This document shows positions 57,673 to 64,000 of a DNA stretch of 64,000 bases, in pieces; positions within the stretch are counted from its first letter, which is position 1; the number at the start of each line of letters is the position of its first letter. This DNA is from a virus (Duplodnaviria; Caudoviricetes), in the IMG/VR virus record IMGVR_UViG_3300022305_000835, positions 1 through 64,000 of that record. One strand, given 5' to 3'. Position numbers and translations under genes: made by a program. The notes under the pieces were generated by a model. That model ran no database searches, was not told the DNA's origin, and saw only the letters and a list, made by a program, of their open reading frames with translations.

Positions 57673-58662
57673 ATGACATTATTACAAACAATTCAATTAT
57701 TAGGCTATGCTCATAAAGCTAACATCGCTGCATGGCTCCACGGGGCTCCAGGAATTGGAAAAACCCAAGCTGTATATGAGTATGCAGAAAAAGCTGGCTT
57801 ACCCTTAGTAAAAGTATTTGCTCCAACTGCTGATTTGATTACAGTTATGGGTGCTTTATCAGTTAACAAAGAAACCAATGAAGCGAGCTTTCTTCCTCTA
57901 AATAAATGGATTACAGATCGTCCTTGTATTGTTTTAATTGATGAGTTACCTCAAGCACCAACAGCAATTCAAAATGCATTTTCTGACCTCTTATTAAACA
58001 AAACAATTGGAGATACGCAATTACATCCCCAATCCTTTATTGTCGCTACAGGGAACCGTAGTGAAGATCGTGCAGGTACAAACCGTATTCCTGCTCATGT
58101 AGTAAATAGATGCTGGCATATGTATCCAGAAACATCTGGAGATGAATGGTTAGATTGGGCTACGGACCATAACTATGATGAACGCATTATTGGTTTTGGT
58201 CATTTCCGTAAAGACCTACTTCACAACTTTGATCCAAACCAGTCACAGAAACCATATGCTACATTTAGATCGTGGAGTATGGTTAATGAAGTACTTAAAG
58301 TGGGATTACCTGAAGAGTTAATTGGTCAAGCAGCTATGGGTATTGTTGGTGAAGGTCCTGGACAGGAATTCCATGAGTTCTGTAAATTGAGTAAATCATT
58401 ACAAGACCCACGTCAGTTATTAAAAACACCTGATATCTTTATTTCACCACCAGAATTATCCGGTTTATATGCGATTTCAACAGCATTAGCAATGAATGTT
58501 GAGAAAGCTACTGCAGAGAATTTCTTTATCCTATTAAAGCAGTTACCAGCTGAATTCCAGGTACTAGCTACTATGACTGCTATTCGTACTAAGAAGGATG
58601 TTATTGTTAAATCTAAAGGATATTTAGGTTGGGCATCTCAAAATCTAGCCATCCTTATTTAG
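57673..58662 (+). CDS. MoxR-like AAA+ ATPase (N4 gp24-like)
   Basis: HGAPGIGKT, VLIDELPQA, VATGNR..DRAG......NR, TFRSW. Confidence 0.88.
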   Translation: MTLLQTIQLLGYAHKANIAAWLHGAPGIGKTQAVYEYAEKAGLPLVKVFAPTADLITVMGALSVNKETNEASFLPLNKWITDRPCIVLIDELPQAPTAIQNAFSDLLLNKTIGDTQLHPQSFIVATGNRSEDRAGTNRIPAHVVNRCWHMYPETSGDEWLDWATDHNYDERIIGFGHFRKDLLHNFDPNQSQKPYATFRSWSMVNEVLKVGLPEELIGQAAMGIVGEGPGQEFHEFCKLSKSLQDPRQLLKTPDIFISPPELSGLYAISTALAMNVEKATAENFFILLKQLPAEFQVLATMTAIRTKKDVIVKSKGYLGWASQNLAILI

Positions 58663-58672
58663 ATACTAGTTA

Positions 58673-58960
58673 ATGACCCATAAGATTAAACTCTTATGGG
58701 TTTTTTATTGGAGTAATCATTTTATGTATAAACCATATATAGAAGAAAAACACTGTTCATGGTGGTGTAGTCAAGAAGTGGATGTATATATGTACCGTCT
58801 TGATCTTTCCGCACGATTAAAAGTAACAGCTAAATTACGGCCATACTGTGCATCTTGTGCAGAGTTCTTAATCCAGGATGGTTCAGAATATCATAAACCA
58901 TTTAAGCATGATGTGCTTCTAGCTACTGTAACAAAGGCCATTCTTAATGAGATACTGTAA
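58673..58960 (+). CDS. Small hypothetical protein with CxxC
   Basis: CSWWC and CASC motifs. Confidence 0.5.
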   Translation: MTHKIKLLWVFYWSNHFMYKPYIEEKHCSWWCSQEVDVYMYRLDLSARLKVTAKLRPYCASCAEFLIQDGSEYHKPFKHDVLLATVTKAILNEIL

Positions 58961-59123
58961 TAAACATGGGTGCAATAATCCTGCTGCATGGGCCCACTAC
59001 TTTGTTAATGAACCCAGACAATCTATCTTTTGTTACGCCTGCCTAACCCCTTACTCCCAGTTACGTTGCGCCCGCACTAAAGAAGAAGCTTGGGCATGTA
59101 TTATCACTAGGAAACTACAATGA
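58947..59123 (+). CDS. Small Zn-finger-like protein (not in ORF track)
   Basis: MRYCNKHGCNNPAAW...FCYACLTP...IITRKLQ; stop overlaps the next ATG. Confidence 0.5.
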   Translation: MRYCNKHGCNNPAAWAHYFVNEPRQSIFCYACLTPYSQLRCARTKEEAWACIITRKLQ

Positions 59124-59818
59124 ATATTTATCAGCTATTTAGAGAAGCATCAAACCGAAGTACCCTAAACCGCAAAAAATTATTAGAAATTGGGAAAAAG
59201 CATTGTCCAGAAATTCCCATATCATTATTAGAAGCACACCGAAAAATTTATCACCAACAATTATACTTAAACTATTGGCGTCCTGAAAATAGACACGCAC
59301 CAACATCAGATGTAGGTAGTTATATTGATGTATATGGAAACATTAAAGCTACAGGAACACGACTACGTCATGGAGATACTTGGCGTACAAAAAGTATATA
59401 TACATTAAGAGATCCAGGTAATAAATCTGCTTTAGCTCATAAATACCGTACAGATAGTGATTTTGCTGAAGTACTAGATATATTTTCAGATAGAACTATG
59501 CACCCTGTATTTATAAATGACTTAACCATTCCAAAATGGGAACCAAGATCAAAAACTATTTGCATGGATAGACGCACAGATGTTACTAGAAACGTTGAAA
59601 AACTGATGAAATACAGTGTTATGGTTCTTAGATGTAAGCCTTTAGACGAAGAGAACCAATATCAATTATGGACATTATCCATAAGAAATAAAGTCATTAA
59701 GGTTCAAATTGCGACCATCATAAATAACTCAATTGGATTAGGTAAAACCCAAAAAGGAAGTAAACGATCTGGCCTTAATAAAAATGCCAAACAGGTTACG
59801 GAAAGACTTGGGGAATGA
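59120..59818 (+). CDS. Hypothetical basic protein
   Basis: 232-aa ORF. Confidence 0.55.
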   Translation: MNIYQLFREASNRSTLNRKKLLEIGKKHCPEIPISLLEAHRKIYHQQLYLNYWRPENRHAPTSDVGSYIDVYGNIKATGTRLRHGDTWRTKSIYTLRDPGNKSALAHKYRTDSDFAEVLDIFSDRTMHPVFINDLTIPKWEPRSKTICMDRRTDVTRNVEKLMKYSVMVLRCKPLDEENQYQLWTLSIRNKVIKVQIATIINNSIGLGKTQKGSKRSGLNKNAKQVTERLGE

Positions 59819-59822
59819 TTCA

Positions 59823-60029
59823 ATGTCTAGGACCTGTAATAACTGTAGTGCTATCGCAGATGTTGATATCTTTACGCTAATAAGTACGAACCGTCATATT
59901 GTTATTCCATGCTGTGCTATGTGCGCTATTAAGCTACACCGTAAACCAAAAAATGAAGCAAGAAATGGTTTTTATCTCCGTAGTGACATGGAGCAAGAAC
60001 AAGTTCTTAGAGCTTTACTAAATTTTTAA
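59823..60029 (+). CDS. Small Zn-finger-like protein
   Basis: CNNC...CCAMC; probable start MSRTC at 59823. Confidence 0.5.
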   Translation: MSRTCNNCSAIADVDIFTLISTNRHIVIPCCAMCAIKLHRKPKNEARNGFYLRSDMEQEQVLRALLNF

Positions 60030-60052
60030 CCTTTCAAATACCGGAAATACAA

Positions 60053-61183
60053 ATGAGTGAAAACAAACATGCAGTTACTGTAATCACCAAAGCACGTGTT
60101 CAACTGCTTTTAGACAATCCATTCTTAGGTACCCTAGCTTTAAGGGCTACATTAGTACAAGTAGCAGATGATGATCCAAGAGCACCTGCATCAACAGACG
60201 GAACCCATGTGTATTACTCACCAAAATTTTGGTTAGACATGAACCCCAAAGAATGTATAGGTGTACTAGCCCATGAGATTGCTCATAATGCATTACTCCA
60301 TAGTGCAAGATTAAAAGGACGAGACCATGAAAAATTTAACCGAGCTGCTGATTATGCCATTAATGATTTATTAGTTAATACCTTTGGTTATTCATTACCT
60401 GAAGACTGTTTATTAGATAGTCAATATTATGACCTATCAGCTGAGGAAATATATATTCGTTTAGAGGATAGTGCAACAACGTCAGATAAATCGCTTACAC
60501 CTAAGTGGGGTAATGTGATGCCTACAGCTGGGAATACTCCAGCAGAACAATCAGCTAATGAACAAGCTATGGAAATAGCAGTAAAAAGTGCTAATCGTGT
60601 AGCTAAACAGAATGGGAAGATGCCAGGATCTCTAGCCCGTATGCTTGATTTTTTAGAGCCTAAAATTAATTGGAAAGAAGCACTAAGAGACTTTTTAACT
60701 GCTAAGTTCTCACGAGATGACTATCGCTGGTATCCCTGTGATATGCAGTATTTACATATGGACATCCGAATGCCTTCATTAACAGGTGAAAAGTTTGGTC
60801 CAGTAGTTATCTGTATTGATACATCTGGTTCTATTGGTCAAAAAGAATTATCAGAGTTCTTAGCTGAAGTATCTGGCATTCTTGAGGACTGTAAACCAGA
60901 AAAAGCATTGGTAATTTACTGTGATGCGGATGTTAATCATGTTGATGAATTTACAGTAGAAGATTTACCTATCAAACCTAAAATGCATGGAGGTGGAGGA
61001 ACTGACTTTAGACCTCCATTTGAGTACCTAGAACAGAAAGGTATCCATCCAGAATGTTTGATATATCTAACGGACATGTATGGTTCATTTCCTGATAAAG
61101 AGCCAGCATTCCCGGTTATATGGGCTAGAACCAGTAAATTAAATGCACCCTTTGGAACCCACATTGATTTGGAGTTTAAATAA
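60053..61183 (+). CDS. VWA-like metallopeptidase-domain protein (N4 gp25-like), MoxR partner
   Basis: ASTDG..VYY, VLAHEIAH (HExxH), N.AADYAIN, IDTSGSI (MIDAS), GGGGTDF. Confidence 0.88.
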   Translation: MSENKHAVTVITKARVQLLLDNPFLGTLALRATLVQVADDDPRAPASTDGTHVYYSPKFWLDMNPKECIGVLAHEIAHNALLHSARLKGRDHEKFNRAADYAINDLLVNTFGYSLPEDCLLDSQYYDLSAEEIYIRLEDSATTSDKSLTPKWGNVMPTAGNTPAEQSANEQAMEIAVKSANRVAKQNGKMPGSLARMLDFLEPKINWKEALRDFLTAKFSRDDYRWYPCDMQYLHMDIRMPSLTGEKFGPVVICIDTSGSIGQKELSEFLAEVSGILEDCKPEKALVIYCDADVNHVDEFTVEDLPIKPKMHGGGGTDFRPPFEYLEQKGIHPECLIYLTDMYGSFPDKEPAFPVIWARTSKLNAPFGTHIDLEFK

Positions 61184-61185
61184 AC

Positions 61186-61599
61186 ATGAGTACTCGATCT
61201 AACATCGCAGTAGAACACTGCAACGGAACAGTTTCCGATATTTACTGCCACTCTTCTGGATATCTATCTGTAGTAGGATATACACTTTTTAAATATTGGC
61301 AGTCAACAAGTAAACTGCGTTCTTTAAAAGCACTGGGAGATATATCTTCATTGGGAGATAACCTTGAAGACACTGATGCATATCATCGTGATAGAGGAGA
61401 GAAACGCTCTCCAGCACGAACTCATGCAACAGTTCAGGATTATATTAACAAGTCTGAAAGTTCCCTATATCGTGGAGATTGGGGATATGAGTATCTTTAC
61501 CTATTTAGTCGTAAAGAAGGCTGGATGGTCAAAGTATATGATCAAGCATGGAGACCACTATATTTAGCACTTGTTGAGGAGAGATTAACTGATGTCTAA
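61186..61599 (+). CDS. Conserved phage protein of unknown function
   Basis: MSTRS.I.....G....IYCH..GY...G..L...GDISSLG...YEYLYLF family pattern. Confidence 0.65.
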   Translation: MSTRSNIAVEHCNGTVSDIYCHSSGYLSVVGYTLFKYWQSTSKLRSLKALGDISSLGDNLEDTDAYHRDRGEKRSPARTHATVQDYINKSESSLYRGDWGYEYLYLFSRKEGWMVKVYDQAWRPLYLALVEERLTDV

Positions 61600-62479
61600 G
61601 AATAAACGAATAAACCCTGCATATGTAAAAGGTGTCAATAGTGAAGCATGGATCTTAGCGGGTAAGTGTGTAAGAGAGAATATTAACTACAACGAAATGG
61701 TAGTGTTAGCTAAAACGCAATCTGATGATCGTGGTAGCTTACCTCGCGATACTGATAATGCTAGAAGAGAACTTGGATATCGTTCTGGATCATCTGACTC
61801 ATCCCGAGGTACTAACTTAAGAAGAAAGATAGCTGAACGACTTCCGATTAGAGCTGAATTAAAAAACCTTCCTTATTACTTACGACCCTCTTATATCCAA
61901 GTAATCGGATATGAATCAGGGCCCACATACATTCCAAATAGATCTTATAATAATTGCCGTGATAACCATAAATACCGTCCCATAGAGGGTATGAAAGCTA
62001 AACTTCACAAAATGCGCACATATCTTATGAAAGATAGTTTGGAAGGCTTAGTGCGATGGGTAGATACAATTGGAAGTAGTAAGTGCGATTTTGTTGTAAC
62101 ACCTTCATTTGAAGGATTTTCCTTTAAGATTAAGACAGGTGCTGTAGGTAATAGGTTACCTACTACTAAGTATTATGACTCATTAGGAATCATAGTTAGT
62201 GCCCCTAAAGAGTTTTTTTCTCAACAATTCTGGGGATTTGGAGATCATTTAGTAGTTCGTGTATTAGATAAATATGAGAATGATGCTGGTATTAATATTC
62301 TTAAAACACTTAGTTGTGACAGAGAAAACCTGTATGCACTAGAAAGTCCTACTATTTTAAAAGAACGATACTATGTTCATAAAGATTCTATGAAAGGCAC
62401 AGGACTATCAGAGGAAGCAGCTATTAGATCACTTCAATACTATATGGGTAAAGCAGTAACATTTGCTTTAGGAGCCTAA
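61592..62479 (+). CDS. Hypothetical protein
   Basis: 295-aa ORF, GAGGAG RBS. Confidence 0.55.
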   Translation: MSKNKRINPAYVKGVNSEAWILAGKCVRENINYNEMVVLAKTQSDDRGSLPRDTDNARRELGYRSGSSDSSRGTNLRRKIAERLPIRAELKNLPYYLRPSYIQVIGYESGPTYIPNRSYNNCRDNHKYRPIEGMKAKLHKMRTYLMKDSLEGLVRWVDTIGSSKCDFVVTPSFEGFSFKIKTGAVGNRLPTTKYYDSLGIIVSAPKEFFSQQFWGFGDHLVVRVLDKYENDAGINILKTLSCDRENLYALESPTILKERYYVHKDSMKGTGLSEEAAIRSLQYYMGKAVTFALGA

Positions 62480-62505
62480 TATGAAAATCAAAGGTTATTA
62501 ACGCA

Positions 62506-62820
62506 ATGACTCCTTTAGAAGATTTGGAGCTACACGCATATGAAGTGATGAATAAATTAACAGGACTGCCTACACGGGAATCCTTAAGGGCAGCATATAT
62601 AAGGTTTAATTTTAGTCGTGCCTTAGTTGCTGATCATTTTCAAATCACACCTCAAAGATTAAATATCATTAAAAAGAAGCTGTTAGGAGATGAGATATTA
62701 CCTTCTGGTGCTACATATATTCGACAATGGAATGAGGTTAAATGTTATACCAAATCCTATCCTACATGGACTCATGTACCTGAAAGTGATAAACCCAGAC
62801 ATACGTCTGAATTCAAATAA
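62506..62820 (+). CDS. Possible HTH-containing protein
   Basis: SRALVADHFQITPQRLNII HTH-like segment. Confidence 0.45.
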   Translation: MTPLEDLELHAYEVMNKLTGLPTRESLRAAYIRFNFSRALVADHFQITPQRLNIIKKKLLGDEILPSGATYIRQWNEVKCYTKSYPTWTHVPESDKPRHTSEFK

Positions 62821-62837
62821 CATCAATAGGAGAAAGA

Positions 62838-63554
62838 ATGATTGCTTATGAAGGACCCAGTTTAATCAATGGTGACCCCATTGCACTAATTTTGACTAGT
62901 AACTCCCTCAATGCCAAAACAGGTACGATGATTCAATCTTGGATTATTCCTGTAAAAGACAGTGTCTTGGTAAATGATGAAGCTGTCTGTGGAGATTGTA
63001 GAATGCGAGAAGGAGCATGCTATGTAACAAAGGTATTTGCTCCTAATAATGTTCAAAAATCTTATAGAGCAGGCAAATACAAAGCCTTTCAATCAAGTGA
63101 CCTTCGTCATGAAATACTTCGTATAGGTAGCTGGGGAGATCCTGCAGCAGTGCCTGCAGATATCTGGCTTAATTTATTACGTCGTACTCAGCTAACAGAT
63201 AAGTACACAGGATATACCCACCAATGGCGTACATGTGATCCAGTATTTGCTACCTTTTGTATGGCTTCAGTAGAGACATTAGAAGACGCTCAATTAGCAC
63301 AATCTATGGGATATTCAACATTTAGAGTTAAAGAGGCCTATGAGCCCAAACAACCTAATGAAACACTATGCCTAAACCAGACAATAGGGATTACATGTAA
63401 GCAATGTTTATTATGTAATACTTCATCAGGAGACATTGTTATTGATGTACATGGTACAAGACGAACAGTAAACAAATATAGAGAATTTAGATTAACTCTA
63501 TCTACCACTGAGAGGACAGATGACACAAGTCATATTAACAAAGGATCAGACTGA
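62838..63554 (+). CDS. Fe-S / radical-SAM-like phage protein (Gp88-like)
   Basis: CGDC-x6-CY cluster motif, LRIGSWGDPAA, GYTHQW, CMASVE, C-terminal C..CKQCLLC. Confidence 0.6.
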   Translation: MIAYEGPSLINGDPIALILTSNSLNAKTGTMIQSWIIPVKDSVLVNDEAVCGDCRMREGACYVTKVFAPNNVQKSYRAGKYKAFQSSDLRHEILRIGSWGDPAAVPADIWLNLLRRTQLTDKYTGYTHQWRTCDPVFATFCMASVETLEDAQLAQSMGYSTFRVKEAYEPKQPNETLCLNQTIGITCKQCLLCNTSSGDIVIDVHGTRRTVNKYREFRLTLSTTERTDDTSHINKGSD

Positions 63555-64000
63555 AGCAGTGGATGCATTCCATATGTTTATGTTTGATCCAGATGAGACA
63601 GTATTTATCTTACAAGGGTATTCTGGAACGGGTAAAAGTACCGTTATTAAAGAGATGATTAATAGTATCCCAGGCTTAACTAACTGGGCAGATTTAGTCA
63701 ATCCAGAGATTAATGGGTATACCGTTCATTTAACAGCTACAACGAACAAAGCAGCAGAAAACTTTAGCGAGATTACTAAGAGACCTGTTAAAACAATTCA
63801 TTCGTTTTTAGGTCTTTTGGTTAGAACAGATTACAAAACAGGAGTCACAACACTCGTTCCTAAAAATAACGAAATACATGAAAACTGTTTAGTATTTATT
63901 GATGAAGCTAGCTTCATTGATTCAAAACTATTAGGGTTTATCTTCACGAAAGTCCGAAATAGCAAAGTGGTATTTATTGGTGATCCAAACCAGTTAATAC
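63520..64000 (+). CDS. RecD/Dda-like SF1B helicase (N4 gp37-like), truncated by the window end
   Basis: Hand-translated: QGYSGTGKST, TATTNKAA, TIHSFLGL, FIDEAS, FIGDPNQL. Confidence 0.88.
   Translation, partial: MTQVILTKDQTEAVDAFHMFMFDPDETVFILQGYSGTGKSTVIKEMINSIPGLTNWADLVNPEINGYTVHLTATTNKAAENFSEITKRPVKTIHSFLGLLVRTDYKTGVTTLVPKNNEIHENCLVFIDEASFIDSKLLGFIFTKVRNSKVVFIGDPNQLI

Noticed and set aside
1-64000. CRISPR array, anti-CRISPR locus or stop-codon reassignment
   Set aside because: No regularly spaced 23-50-bp repeats seen. The Cas4-like gene is the core N4 gp42. All hallmark genes are full length in code 11.

Overview
The whole window is an AT-rich N4-like phage (Schitoviridae) genome segment, apparently circularly permuted. 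It has most N4 hallmarks: a 3569-aa virion RNA polymerase, a two-subunit RNAP II, major capsid, portal, terminase, gp42-like nuclease, primase, SSB and a MoxR/VWA pair. DNA polymerase, lysis genes and an integrase are not in the window. Layout: 1-12.6 kb is a minus-strand tail/receptor-binding operon whose distal ~4 kb is GC-richer. 12.6-19.9 kb holds plus-strand replication genes, interrupted by an origin-like element and a wHTH gene. 19.9-46.9 kb holds minus-strand virion and packaging genes. The probable genome-end junction is at ~46.9-47.1 kb. 47.1-64 kb holds plus-strand early/middle genes, ending in a truncated RecD/Dda-like helicase. Best leads: (1) a natural Tyr-to-Phe change at the motif-B nucleotide-sugar gate of the vRNAP; (2) a plasmid-like ori (opposed sheared-GA hairpins, 31-bp-phased iterons) next to a Rep-like gene; (3) non-coding RNA-like units at 51.8 and 52.7-52.9 kb with short segments complementary to the ribosome-binding sites of the first early genes; (4) an unusual repeated early-promoter hairpin. 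All product calls come from motif recognition and synteny, with no database search.
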